NCBI GenBank assembly: GCA_965197675.1
Contig: OZ240221.1
Coordinates: forward strand, 280,095-344,094
Source: Dehalococcoidia bacterium
Lineage (GTDB): Bacteria; Chloroflexota; Dehalococcoidia; Plut-88900
Length of the DNA stretch: 64,000 nucleotides
Direction of reading: 5' to 3'
Part shown: piece after piece, positions 19,027 through 28,940 of the stretch
Layout: each line of letters begins with the position of its first letter
Position numbering within the stretch: position 1 is the stretch's first letter
Made by a program: the position numbers and the translations under genes
The notes under the pieces: generated by a model
What the model was told of the DNA's origin: nothing
Database searches by the model: none
Seen by the model: the letters and a program-made list of their open reading frames with translations, nothing else

Positions 19027-20268
19027 CTACTGCTCGAACATCCAGTCTACATTGCCGATTTCGGCATTGACGGCGAACAAGCTGTGGTCCTCGTTTGCGA
19101 AATAGACGATGGATCCATTAGACGTCAAGGGCGATAGGACTCTAGCCCCGACCTTGATGGGGTCCCACACTTGGTCTCCTGTTATGGGATCCAAACCATA
19201 CACCTTTTCATCTCTAGACCCAACCACCAGGAGTTGGTCCTCAAGACTAGAGAAAGCCCCAGAAAAGCCTGATAAATCGACCAGCACCGGCCTCGCCCTT
19301 ATTCCCTGCCCGGCTTTAAATGACCAACGAAGGTTACCCGAATCCATGTCCAGGGCGTATAGATTACCATCTAAAGACCCAACGAAGATTATGTCGCTGC
19401 CCCTGGGGTCTTCACCTATAACGGCCTCACCCCAAAACCAGTTGTTGGCTGAAAAGCTCCAGATCGCTCGGTTGGCACTTACGGCATAGAACTTCTTATC
19501 GAAAGACCCCACGTAAACAACCCCATCTCTCACTACGGGAGTGGCTGCTATGGCTCCGCCCGCCTTGAACTCGAGGACTTTACCGCCGTCCTCATTCATA
19601 CCGAAAAGTGTGCCATCCATGGTGCCGAAGTAGACCACTCCGTTGTCCACGGCTGGCGTGGACCATATGGGACTCTCTACATTGAAGACCCTTTTAAGTG
19701 AGCCGTCGTTTGCATCCAGGGCATACAGCTTCCCATCATCGGAACCTGCGTAGACGGTGTTGGTCCGGCTGGAGAAGGCCACTCCTCCGAATATGGGCCC
19801 AACTTGGTCCTGACCCGGGGCTGGAAATATCCAATTGCCTATGCTTAGGGTGTCCGCATCCACCGAATAGACTACTCCCCGCTCATCCCCTCCGATTTCA
19901 ACCAAGGCAGTACCGAAGAGAACTCTCCCCGTTTCCGGTATGTTTGCCACCACCGGGGAGCCATAGCTGGCGACAGCTACACCTTCAGAAGGGAAGAAAC
20001 TTCCTTGCTCTGCTCCCGTGGCGGCATCGAAGGAGCGCACTATGCCCTGGTCGGTTCCCACATAGACGAAGCCATTGGACACCACCGGCCCGGACCATCC
20101 AATGAAGCTCACTCCTAACCCGGTCCTGGTACAAGCCGAGACGACTATTGGGATTAGCAGTAGCGAGAGCAGCAGTAACTTGGGGAGTATAGTTTTGAGC
20201 GGGCCCAGATTGTACCTGAGCAGCCCCCCATGTGAGAGCGTGTGTTTTGATATGCTATTAGACGACAT
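19027..20268 (-). CDS. PQQ-type beta-propeller (BamB-like) lipoprotein
   Basis: Repeats VYAGSDDGKLYALD, VYFGTMDG, VYVGSFD, FVGSLDGNLYALD; hydrophobic signal ending IVVSAC; true start may be downstream. Confidence 0.85.
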   Translation of the reverse strand: MSSNSISKHTLSHGGLLRYNLGPLKTILPKLLLLSLLLIPIVVSACTRTGLGVSFIGWSGPVVSNGFVYVGTDQGIVRSFDAATGAEQGSFFPSEGVAVASYGSPVVANIPETGRVLFGTALVEIGGDERGVVYSVDADTLSIGNWIFPAPGQDQVGPIFGGVAFSSRTNTVYAGSDDGKLYALDANDGSLKRVFNVESPIWSTPAVDNGVVYFGTMDGTLFGMNEDGGKVLEFKAGGAIAATPVVRDGVVYVGSFDKKFYAVSANRAIWSFSANNWFWGEAVIGEDPRGSDIIFVGSLDGNLYALDMDSGNLRWSFKAGQGIRARPVLVDLSGFSGAFSSLEDQLLVVGSRDEKVYGLDPITGDQVWDPIKVGARVLSPLTSNGSIVYFANEDHSLFAVNAEIGNVDWMFEQ

Positions 20269-20329
20269 ATTGCTGTGGAAGCCACAGCTTCGGTGAAATG
20301 TAGAGTCTATTTAAGATCTATGGAAGCGG

Positions 20330-20554
20330 TCAAAGTACTGGGTCGAAACCACCTTGCCTGAAGGGATTACAGCGAGAGATGCGCTTCATTGTCAGCCAAC
20401 CGCCTTTCATAGCTCCATACTTTTCTATGGCCTCACGTCCGTAGGACGAGCACGACGGATGAAAACGGCAGGTTGAACCTGGCCCGGAGAGGCCATAGAA
20501 AGGCGACAAAGCCACTTGATACAGACTAATCGCTCCGAGTGCAATCTTCTTCAA
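20330..20554 (-). CDS. yidD: Membrane protein insertion efficiency factor YidD
   Basis: [24 protein letters not shown]. Confidence 0.93.
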   Translation of the reverse strand: MKKIALGAISLYQVALSPFYGLSGPGSTCRFHPSCSSYGREAIEKYGAMKGGWLTMKRISRCNPFRQGGFDPVL

Positions 20555-20563
20555 ATCAATCCC

Positions 20564-20914
20564 TCAAACATTGTTGCCCACCAGAAACCGGGTCAAGGAG
20601 GCATTCTCAACCAGCCTCTCCAACGCTTCTCTTAGCTCACTGTAAGCAACTGAAGAGGCACTTCGTCTAGCTATCACGACTACATCCCAACCTTTCTCCA
20701 TGGGTAGCTCACGAATTGCCTCTCGCAATCTTCGCTTGATTTTGTTCCTGGTCACGGCGTTTCCGAGATGCTTTCCGACAGAAAACCCATACCTGTTAAT
20801 CTGCAGTCCATTGGGATGTACTCCCAACACCAGTAGATTACTGGACTGTCGTTTCCCTTTCTTGAGAACTGTGGCAAACTCCTCCTTCTTCCTTAACCTC
20901 TGATCCTTGACCAT
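20564..20914 (-). CDS. rnpA: Ribonuclease P protein component
   Basis: RLRKKEEF, GNAVTRNKIKRRLRE. Confidence 0.95.
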   Translation of the reverse strand: MVKDQRLRKKEEFATVLKKGKRQSSNLLVLGVHPNGLQINRYGFSVGKHLGNAVTRNKIKRRLREAIRELPMEKGWDVVVIARRSASSVAYSELREALERLVENASLTRFLVGNNV

Positions 20915-20949
20915 TCCACCACCGGGCTTCCTCTTCCTTACTTCTAACG

Positions 20950-21087
20950 TTAAACGGCAAGCTTTCGCCTGCCTTTGAGTCGACGTCTGTGAAGGACGGC
21001 GCGGCCGCCTCGGGTACTCATTCTGGCTCGAAAACCGTGGTCTCTCTTACGAGGCAGCTTTTTGGGCTGATAGGTGCGCTTGGGCAA
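20950..21087 (-). CDS. rpmH: 50S ribosomal protein L34 (45 aa; below ORF-track cutoff)
   Basis: TTG start; [45 protein letters not shown]. Confidence 0.96.
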   Translation of the reverse strand: MPKRTYQPKKLPRKRDHGFRARMSTRGGRAVLHRRRLKGRRKLAV

Positions 21088-21112
21088 CTAGATTCCTTCT
21101 CCTAGAAAGGCG

Positions 21113-21142
21113 ATTATATGTTATCCCCGAACGGAGTGTCAA
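21113..21142 (-). promoter_or_regulatory. Consensus sigma-70 promoter of the rpmH operon
   Basis: Minus strand TTGACA-18 nt-TATAAT, about 25 nt upstream of the rpmH start. Confidence 0.75.
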
Positions 21143-21315
21143 TTTATTGTACTCGTGCCCAGTAGATTAGTGATACTTTGCCACTTTCTCTGAGCTGTGA
21201 TGCTGCTGGAGGAACTGAAGTGGAGCAAGGTAGCTGAGAGCAAGGCGCAGCGCCAACCATCTTCTATAGATTATCCCTTGCTCTGATCACGTCCTCAATT
21301 TATCCTGTCCGCAGA

Positions 21316-22041
21316 ATGAGTAGAGTCCGATTGGATACCTTGATGGTGCAAAGGGGTCTCGTCTCTACCTGTGAGGAAGCTCGTGGGCTGATAATGACTG
21401 CCAAAGTCAAGGTCTCAAACAAAATCGTGGATAAACCGGGTACTCAACTCAAGGGAGATGAATCTATTAGCGTGGCAGATACTCGTACCTACGTGAGCCG
21501 AGGCGGTTTGAAGCTAGACCACGCTCTATCTTACTTCGATATTTCTATCAAAGGCAGTGTTGCACTGGACATCGGGGCATCCACCGGAGGATTCACCCAG
21601 TGCCTTCTCCAAAGAGGCGCCGTTCGAGTCTATGCCCTGGACGTGGGCCGTGGACAGCTGGATACCAAGCTAAGGTCGGACCCCAGGGTGGTTGTCATGG
21701 AAAAGGTCAACGCACATCACCCATTCCGGGTGCCCGAGAAAGTGGACATCTTAACTGTAGATGTATCTTTCATATCATTGGAAAAAGTGATCCCCAACGG
21801 GTTGGAGCACCTGAAGGAGAAGGGCCGGATCATAGCCCTGATTAAACCCCAGTTCGAGGCTGTGAAAGCGCAAGTGTCTCGAGGCGGGGTGATAAAGGAT
21901 CCCTCAGTGCATGGGCAGGTGTTGGGGAAGTTCATTCTTTGGGCAATAGGTCAGGGTTTGAGGTTTAGAGACCTTGCTCGCTCGCCTATTCTCGGCGCCA
22001 AAGGCAACAGGGAGTTTTTCGTGCTCCTTCAGCGCAACTAG
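21316..22041 (+). CDS. tlyA: TlyA-family rRNA 2'-O-methyltransferase
   Basis: S4 domain, YVSRGGLKL, DIGASTGGFT, DVSFISL, LIKPQFE, GAKGNREF. Confidence 0.93.
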   Translation: MSRVRLDTLMVQRGLVSTCEEARGLIMTAKVKVSNKIVDKPGTQLKGDESISVADTRTYVSRGGLKLDHALSYFDISIKGSVALDIGASTGGFTQCLLQRGAVRVYALDVGRGQLDTKLRSDPRVVVMEKVNAHHPFRVPEKVDILTVDVSFISLEKVIPNGLEHLKEKGRIIALIKPQFEAVKAQVSRGGVIKDPSVHGQVLGKFILWAIGQGLRFRDLARSPILGAKGNREFFVLLQRN

Positions 22042-22055
22042 ATCGGTCCAAGTGG

Positions 22056-23510
22056 TTACTGAAACTTCCGTATGTTCTCCTCGAACATTCCAAGCAGCTT
22101 GGCTGCCTGATCATCATAAGCTCGAGGGTCAGTCCAGGTGCTCCTCGGCTTTAGCACTTCGGGAGGGACGTCAGGACAGGAAATAGGAACTTGCAACCCG
22201 AACACCGGATCTTCTTCGGTGGGCACCTTATCCAGAGAGCCGTTCAAATCGGCGCGGACCATAGCTCGGGTATAGGCTATCTTGATACGACGCCCTACAC
22301 CATAAGGCCCACCTGTCCACCCTGTGTTGACCAACCACGTCTGCGCTTTCTGAGTTTCAAGCTTCTCGGAAAGCATCTCGGCGTACACAGTTGGGTTCAT
22401 AGGCATGAAGGGCGCACCAAAACAGGGACTGAAGGTGGCCTGAGGCTCGATAATACCTCGTTCAGTCCCCGCCACCTTGGCGGTGTAACCCGACAGGAAG
22501 AAGAATTTGGATTGTTCAGAGTTGAGCTTGGCGATAGGCGGCATCACACCGTAGGCATCCGCGGTGAGCATGAAGATATTTTTAGGAAGTCCTCCCATTC
22601 CAGTGGCCGATGCATTAGGTATGCTGGTCAAGGGATAGGACCCCCTGGTGTTTTCTGTGACAGAGTCGTCATCCAGATCGAGAATGCGGGTCTTCTCGTC
22701 CAACGTAACGTTTTCGAGGATGGTGCCGAACTTGCCCGTAGTTGCATATATCTCGGGTTCGGCTTCTTTTGAGAGTCTGATCACCTTGGCGTAGCAACCG
22801 CCCTCGAAATTGAATACACCACTGTCGCTCCAGCCATGCTCATCATCGCCGATAAGGGTATGGTCGGAAGTTACAGATAGAGTGGTCTTACCCGTGCCCG
22901 ATAGGCCGAAGAACAAGGCGACATCATCATCGGGGCCTATGTTAGCTGAGCAGTGCATGGGGAAGACATCAGAGAAGGGAAGCAAGTAGTTCATGATGGT
23001 GAAAACCGATTTCTTGATCTCGCCTGCGTAGCTGGTTCCACCTATCAGGACTATCTTATTACCGAAGTCTATGATGACAAATGCTTCAGAGTTGGTACCG
23101 TCCCTTTCAGGAACAGCCTCGAAGCCAGGGGCATGAGTACGGTGAACTCCGGTTCGATCTCATCCAGCTTGTCAGCCGGAGCCACAAGGAACATGTTGGC
23201 GGCGAACAGATTATGCCACGCTGTCTCTGTGACGACTATAACGGGCACCCGATAATGTGGGTCCGCGCCAACAAAGCACTCTTGAACGAAAAGCTCTCTT
23301 TCCTCCAGGTGGGACGTGACCCTTGCGAGAAGGGAATCAAACTTCTCTTGCTCTATTGATCGGTTTACTGGTCCCCACCATATCTTGTCCTGTGAGGAGG
23401 GCTCGGTAACGATGAACTTGTCGTTAGGAGAGCGTCCGGTGTATTTACCGGTGCTGACTACCAGAACTCCGCCCTTGGCAACCACGCCTTCTCTTCTTTT
23501 TACGGCCTCT
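22056..23510 (-). pseudogene. pckA: ATP-dependent PEP carboxykinase, frameshifted and 5'-truncated
   Basis: TGRSPNDKF in one frame; [30 protein letters not shown] and NTGWTGG in the next; one base missing near 23134; N-terminus replaced by repeat DNA. Confidence 0.88.
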
Positions 23511-23559
23511 GGGAACCCCCTTCCGGGCGGGATTCTCGCACAGGGTTGGGCGAAGAAGG

Positions 23560-23660
23560 GTGGATTCCCGTATCAAGCACGAGAATGACGGTATAGGGGG
23601 TGAGGGCGCCCTTCGACTAGCTCAGGATGACGCTTCGGCAGGCTCAGGGTGAGTGGATAG
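23560..23660. repeat. Modular palindromic intergenic repeat, copy 3
   Basis: GATTCCCGTATCAAGCACGAGAATGAC..GAGGGCGCCCTTCG..GCTCAGGATGACGCTTCG..GCTCAGGGTGAG, matches 16023-16118. Confidence 0.88.
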
Positions 23661-23746
23661 GCGCCACCAAGACGGGCGGAGTGGGAGTTCCGTCAAAGCT
23701 GGTTATGGCCAAAATGCGATTACCCTGTGAATCTCTCCAGCACCCC

Positions 23747-23775
23747 TTGACTAAATCGACCAACAAATATAAGAT
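23747..23775 (+). promoter_or_regulatory. Putative sigma-70 promoter
   Basis: TTGACT-17 nt-TAAGAT upstream of the DUF11 gene. Confidence 0.45.
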
Positions 23776-23905
23776 TCGTTTTTGATTAGTCTAAGAATCA
23801 TAGTTCACTAGCAATCAATAGCTAGATGGTAGAAGGAGGTGGCACTTCTCGCTGTCTATACCCGATCCGCTCTAGTTATTAGAGCAACGCCCGTACCTCT
23901 TCTTA

Positions 23906-24832
23906 TTGGTGAATAGAGGCTGGTTCTACGTTCATGAAGGTTCGAGAGGTGGAGTCATGTCCGTAACGTTAAACCTGAAGCGACTTTTCATTACGGCACT
24001 CATCATTGCGGTAGCCGTTTTGTCCCTCATATTAACTTTAGGAAGCGAAAGCCCCGCGCCCATAGCGTCCGCTTCTCTGCTCCACGTAGTGGAGTTGGAG
24101 ACAGACGTGGAGGTATCCCCCAGTATCGGTTCGCCAGGAAGCATCGTAGATGTCACTCTCACCGTCTACGGCGATTCCTCATATTCGGTCCAGGACACTG
24201 AGCTAAATGCCCGAGTCACAGGGTCGCTGGAGCTCCTTCCAGGCACATTCAGTCCTACCCCGTCTTTGTCGGGCCTGACGGATTTGACGTGGATAATAGA
24301 CTCTATCGACAAAGACTCTGTTCATTACTTCCGTGGGAAGGCCCAGATCACAGGTGCCGGCACCTTCGCTATAGAGATGACAGGGGCTGGAAGGGTGCTG
24401 CGATCGGTTAACATAGACTCAGCTGATATCCAGGGAGCAGGCGAAGGCGCAGGCGCAACCTCCTCCATTCAAGACAGCCAGGACCCAGTCATGGTTGACG
24501 ATACCTATGAGTACATAATAAGAGTAAATGGACAAGGCACATATCAGCAAAACCCCTTGATTTACCTCTGGTTGCCTGAGCAGGTGGATTACCTGGACTC
24601 CACAGGAAGTACTTGTGACCTGGATGGTCCCAAGCTGCGCTGTCAAGGAGATACTTTAGGCTCAGGTGATGAGACCACCATAAAGGTGACCGTCCAAGCG
24701 ACCGACCCGGGTGCCAATCCTCATTATGTTGTCAAGGCCAGACTGGTGGTCAGCTATCCTGAGATGGAAGGCGTCGAGACCGTCAGCGAGGAGCTAACCT
24801 GGATATACCCAAAACAAGAGTCGGCAAACTGA
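23906..24832 (+). CDS. Exported protein with DUF11 (Ig-like) domains
   Basis: N-terminal signal/TM helix; DSQDPV...Y.I.V.G.G...LP..V...C...LGSG...I.VTV pattern; likely start ATG 23957. Confidence 0.65.
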   Translation: MVNRGWFYVHEGSRGGVMSVTLNLKRLFITALIIAVAVLSLILTLGSESPAPIASASLLHVVELETDVEVSPSIGSPGSIVDVTLTVYGDSSYSVQDTELNARVTGSLELLPGTFSPTPSLSGLTDLTWIIDSIDKDSVHYFRGKAQITGAGTFAIEMTGAGRVLRSVNIDSADIQGAGEGAGATSSIQDSQDPVMVDDTYEYIIRVNGQGTYQQNPLIYLWLPEQVDYLDSTGSTCDLDGPKLRCQGDTLGSGDETTIKVTVQATDPGANPHYVVKARLVVSYPEMEGVETVSEELTWIYPKQESAN

Positions 24833-24859
24833 GGTCGGAATCCTTACTCTACTTTAATA

Positions 24860-25165
24860 GTTCCCACCCACCCGCCCAGTAGGTTATTGAAATCGGGGGC
24901 ACATCCTCCTTCGGCAAGCTCAGGACAGGCCCAGGCCCCCCGCCAGAGGGTGGTTCCCTCTTGTATATTAAGTATGGAGGCGGGGCTGGCCGACTCCCTC
25001 TCATTCTGGTTGGAAGAGAGCCTGGAGGGTCTGGACCAAGAAGAGCGGGAAGATCTAGGTGTAGCTGCCTTCGCTCATCCTGAGCATGTCGAAGGAAATG
25101 AGCGGGGAACATCCCGACGAGCACCCCTCGGATGGATTCCTGTGCTTGACGCGGCAATCCAGAGT
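24860..25165. repeat. Modular palindromic intergenic repeat, copy 4
   Basis: GGGGGCACATCC[insert]..CCAGAGGG..CCCTCTTGTATATTAAGTATGGAGGCGGGG; inverted ATCCTGAGC..CGAAGG and GATTCCTGTGCTTGAC modules. Confidence 0.82.
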
Positions 25166-25714
25166 TGACTGCTAGCTCGTTGTGACACAGGGCCATATAT
25201 AAAATAAGAACCTACGTGCTATAATTCAAATACACATCCCGCTTACAAGGAAGTATCACCCCTATTTCTCACGGAGGTCGCCGCCCAGGTGCAGGCGCTC
25301 CCAAGGGTAACCTGAATAGACCGAAGCACGGCCGGCACTCTCGCCGGTTCCAAGAGCCCGTCATTCTTCGCTTCGCTCAGAATCCAAAGCGGTTCATTTT
25401 GGGACAATGCTGGGGTTATTCAAAGGTCTCTGTCAAGCACGGGAATCCAGGGGCGAGGTGCTGCTCAAGGTGAATGTACTCCCAGACTCCAACCACAAGC
25501 TCATAAAAACTCAATCAAAAATAACGACATCTTCGTGCCTGGAAAACCCCGAAAATAAAACTTTTTTTATAACTCAATCAAGTTTGAACGTGAATCAGAA
25601 AATTCAATCAAGTTTCAAAGCTAAACGGAAAAGACAATCAAGTTCCACGCACAAACCAAGTCGGATAGATAATAGTGCAAAAACATCGCATTTTGGCCGA
25701 ATCCGGATTTGGCG

Positions 25715-25840
25715 ACTTCCACCCACCCAGGTAGGTTTTTGTATATGGGAGGCACATCCCCCAGGCCCCCTACCAGAGGGATGTGTCCCTCTTGTATATT
25801 AAGTATGGAGGCGGGGCAGGCCGACTCCCTGTTGGAAGAA
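25715..25840. repeat. Modular palindromic intergenic repeat, copy 5 (direct repeat of 24860-25017)
   Basis: Shares CCCTCTTGTATATTAAGTATGGAGGCGGGGC.GGCCGACTCCCT with copy 4. Confidence 0.85.
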
Positions 25841-25857
25841 AAGGAGCGAAGCGTTGG

Positions 25858-26073
25858 CTAGTCTTTAACGGGAATCGAGCCCCAGGCTATCTGCTCGGGC
25901 GATTTGACCAGTTTCTTTTCCTTGGAAAGCTCCCGAATCTTCAGCAGGGTCATGTTCACTTCCGGAGTCAGGTACACCCAGTCCTCGCCGGAGGGTATCC
26001 AGTAGGGAGAGTTGATACGCACCGCTTTGTTTTCCTTCACGTTGAGGTATATGCCGAACTTGGAGCTGTCCAT
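25858..26073 (-). CDS. Small hypothetical protein (71 aa) downstream of glmS
   Basis: ATG with GAGG RBS 13 nt after the glmS stop; globular composition. Confidence 0.7.
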   Translation of the reverse strand: MDSSKFGIYLNVKENKAVRINSPYWIPSGEDWVYLTPEVNMTLLKIRELSKEKKLVKSPEQIAWGSIPVKD

Positions 26074-26086
26074 CTGTTGCCTCTTC

Positions 26087-27931
26087 CTACTCCACCGTCA
26101 CCGACTTGGCCAGGTTTCTCGGTCGGTCTACGTCGCATCCCCTTCTCATGGCGACGTGGTATGCGAAAAACTGTAACGGCACAACCGAGGTAACGGGAGA
26201 TAGTAAGTATGGGACTTCGGGTAAGTATATGACATGGTCAGCAATCGAGGCGACGTGCTGGTCCCCCTCGGTGGCGAGGACTATGACTGTGCCATCCCGA
26301 GCCTTCACCTCCTGGATGTTACTCAGCATCTTTTCATACATCCTGTCTTTAAGGGCTATGGCCACCACAGGCATGCTCTCGTCGATTAGGGCTATGGGCC
26401 CATGTTTCATCTCGCCCGCCTGGTAACCCTCGGCATGAACGTAACTGATCTCTTTCAGCTTTAGAGCTCCCTCCATGGCCACTGGATAGTTTACTCCGCG
26501 CCCTAAGTAAAGGACGTTGTTGGCTCGAAAGAACTTCATAGCCAGTTGGTGAATTCGGTCTTGCAAGTCTATCACCCTTCCCATGATGGAAGGTAGTCTC
26601 GCCAGATCATCCACGATGGCGCCCAATTGCTGACTAGTCAGAGTCCCCCGAGCACTACCTACGTGGGCCGCCAACAAATAGAGAGCCACCATAGAACTGG
26701 TCAAACACTTGGTGCTGGCCACTCCTATCTCCGTGCCTGCACGAATCAGGAGAGGGTAGTCGGCCAGACGGGTGGCCTGGCTGTTCGCCACATTGCAGAT
26801 GGCTACCTGCGGCGCCCCCTTGAGTCGTGCTTCTTCCATAGCGGCCAGCGTGTCTACCGTCTCCCCCGACTGGCTTATGGATACAATTAAAGTGGATGAG
26901 TCTATAACGGGGTCTCGGTAGCGGAACTCGGAGGCGTTGTCCACCTCCGAGGGTATACGGGCCAACTCCTCCATCATCGCTCTGCCAACCATGGCGGCAT
27001 GAAGGCTCGTACCCATTCCTATCAACACCACTCGCTTGACGTTTTGTAAATCTTTACTTGAAAAGGGAATCTGCTCTAGCAAGACCTGGGGTGGATCAAA
27101 GGCTACTCGGCCTCGCAAGGAGTTGGTGATAGTCTCGGGCTGCTCCATGATCTCCTTGAGCATGAAGTGTCTGTACTTGCCCTTGCCTACCGTCACCTCT
27201 CCCAGATGGATGCGCTTAGGCTGCCTGGTCAGCTCTTCTCCATCCCTGCTGAAGTAACGCACACCTGTCTCATTCGCCGAGGCCAGGTCGCCGTTTTCTA
27301 AAAACACGGCGTTTTGGGTGTAGGGAGCTATCGCTGGAAGATCGCTGGCGAAAAACATCTCGTTTTCCCCATATCCCACTACCATGCCACCTGCGTTTCC
27401 GACTCGAGCAGCCACTATTCTATCTGGCTCTCTGGTGCTTATAACCAGGATGGAGTAGGCGCCCTGGACATCTCTTAGCGCCTTCCTAACTGCCTCTTCC
27501 AGGCTCGTTCCGTTGGTAGAGTACTCTTCGACCAAGTGGACTATAACTTCGGTATCAGTTTCCGAGTCAAGGACGTGTCCATTGCTCACGAGCCGCTGCT
27601 TCAAGTCCCGGTAATTCTCAAAGATGCCGTTATGCACTACCACTATTTGACCCTTGCAGTCGGAGTGGGGATGGGCGTTGGCATCCGTTGGTCTACCGTG
27701 AGTGGCCCATCTGGTATGGGCTATGCCGACGTGACCATCGGGGAGGTTACCCTGGATGGCCGCCTTAAGAGCGCTGAGCTTGCCCGCTGCTTTCTCCATC
27801 ACCACTTGCTCTCCACCGTCGAGCACGGCTATGCCAGCGCTATCGTATCCTCGATACTCCAGTCGCTCCAGCCCACTGAAGAGAATAGGTGAGGCAGGTC
27901 CGTTGCCTACGTATCCGACGATTCCACACAT
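26087..27931 (-). CDS. glmS: Glutamine-fructose-6-phosphate aminotransferase
   Basis: MCGIVG, LEYRGYDSAG, HTRWATHG, SQSGET, MKHGP, PRNLAKSVTVE. Confidence 0.98.
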   Translation of the reverse strand: MCGIVGYVGNGPASPILFSGLERLEYRGYDSAGIAVLDGGEQVVMEKAAGKLSALKAAIQGNLPDGHVGIAHTRWATHGRPTDANAHPHSDCKGQIVVVHNGIFENYRDLKQRLVSNGHVLDSETDTEVIVHLVEEYSTNGTSLEEAVRKALRDVQGAYSILVISTREPDRIVAARVGNAGGMVVGYGENEMFFASDLPAIAPYTQNAVFLENGDLASANETGVRYFSRDGEELTRQPKRIHLGEVTVGKGKYRHFMLKEIMEQPETITNSLRGRVAFDPPQVLLEQIPFSSKDLQNVKRVVLIGMGTSLHAAMVGRAMMEELARIPSEVDNASEFRYRDPVIDSSTLIVSISQSGETVDTLAAMEEARLKGAPQVAICNVANSQATRLADYPLLIRAGTEIGVASTKCLTSSMVALYLLAAHVGSARGTLTSQQLGAIVDDLARLPSIMGRVIDLQDRIHQLAMKFFRANNVLYLGRGVNYPVAMEGALKLKEISYVHAEGYQAGEMKHGPIALIDESMPVVAIALKDRMYEKMLSNIQEVKARDGTVIVLATEGDQHVASIADHVIYLPEVPYLLSPVTSVVPLQFFAYHVAMRRGCDVDRPRNLAKSVTVE

Positions 27932-27967
27932 TTATGTTCTATTCAACCACCGAATTGATAATTAAAA

Positions 27968-28651
27968 CTATGAGGACTCCCAAGCCTCCAGTATACGGTC
28001 CACCACCTGCTGAGGGGTGATGCTATCGGTATCAATTAGCTTGGCATCCTCAGCTGGACGCAGCGGCGATACGTCTCGTTCACTGTCTATTCGGTCTCTA
28101 TCTTCGAGGCTCTTTAAAATCGCAGCGTAGTCCTCGCTGTAGCCTCGCTCGCTGAGCTCCAAGTAACGGCGCCGAGCTCGTTCCTCTACGGAAGCGGTTA
28201 GAAACACCTTTAGCTTTGCATCGGGGATTACGACGGTTCCTATATCTCTACCCACCATGATAATCTCACCTTCTGAAGCCAACCGCCTCTGCTGGGCCAC
28301 CATCGCCTTTCTCACACCAGGGTGCTTCGCTACCGAGGATACATTCAGGTCTACCTCGGGACGCTTGACATTCTCTGTCAAATCACGTCCGCCTACTATC
28401 ACTTTTTCTCTGCTCTTGCTTCCACTTTTTCCACTGGTAAATCGGATGTCGGTTTCCTGGGCCAACTGCTCCAACGCCTCTTCGTCATCTGCAGAGATAC
28501 CCTTTCCCAGAGCCATTGCCGTAAGTGCGCGGTACATATTGCCCGTATCAACGAGTAGGAATCCCAGCCGTTGCGCAAGCAGTCTGCCAATAGTGGTCTT
28601 GCCCACTGCGCCCGGCCCATCTATTGCGATAGTGGAATCGGTAGCTACCAT
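27968..28651 (-). CDS. cmk: Cytidylate kinase
   Basis: IAIDGPGAVGKTT, DTGNMYR, GRDIGTVV, RDRIDSER..SPL. Confidence 0.95.
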   Translation of the reverse strand: MVATDSTIAIDGPGAVGKTTIGRLLAQRLGFLLVDTGNMYRALTAMALGKGISADDEEALEQLAQETDIRFTSGKSGSKSREKVIVGGRDLTENVKRPEVDLNVSSVAKHPGVRKAMVAQQRRLASEGEIIMVGRDIGTVVIPDAKLKVFLTASVEERARRRYLELSERGYSEDYAAILKSLEDRDRIDSERDVSPLRPAEDAKLIDTDSITPQQVVDRILEAWESS

Positions 28652-28681
28652 TCCTACCTTGCCTCACACTTGCGGAAGAGA

Positions 28682-28887
28682 TGGATCCCCGTGTCCAGCA
28701 CGGCTGTGACGGCGGGAGAGAAGGGGGCCCGTTTCAGAGAGGCAAACATCTTGTTCCCCAACCGCTCGCCCATATAGGTTTTTATATCTGGGGGCACATC
28801 CCCCAAACCTCCTGCCAGAGGGAAGCATCCCTCTGGACTCCCTCCGCGCATGATTCCTGATTCCCGCATCAAGCACTGGAATGACTG
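28682..28887. repeat. Modular palindromic intergenic repeat, copy 6 (empty allele)
   Basis: TCTTGTTCCCCAACCG..GGGGCACATCCCCCAAACCTCCTGCCAGAGGGAAGCATCCCTCTGGACTCCC flanked by two GAT(C/T)CCCG..CA(A/G)CAC hairpins. Confidence 0.85.
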
Positions 28888-28940
28888 ATCGGTTGATGCA
28901 ACTCTCCGTAGTAAAAGGCTCGTGGACATCGAAAATGGCA

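Noticed and set aside
21121-21310. TTATCC-starting 9-mers upstream of rpmH as DnaA boxes/oriC
   Set aside because: Each has two or more mismatches to TTATNCACA, and tlyA rather than dnaA is the neighbour
25575-25644. CRISPR array
   Set aside because: Repeat only 10 bp, three copies, no cas genes in the window
27932-27967. glmS ribozyme
   Set aside because: Only 36 nt between cmk and glmS
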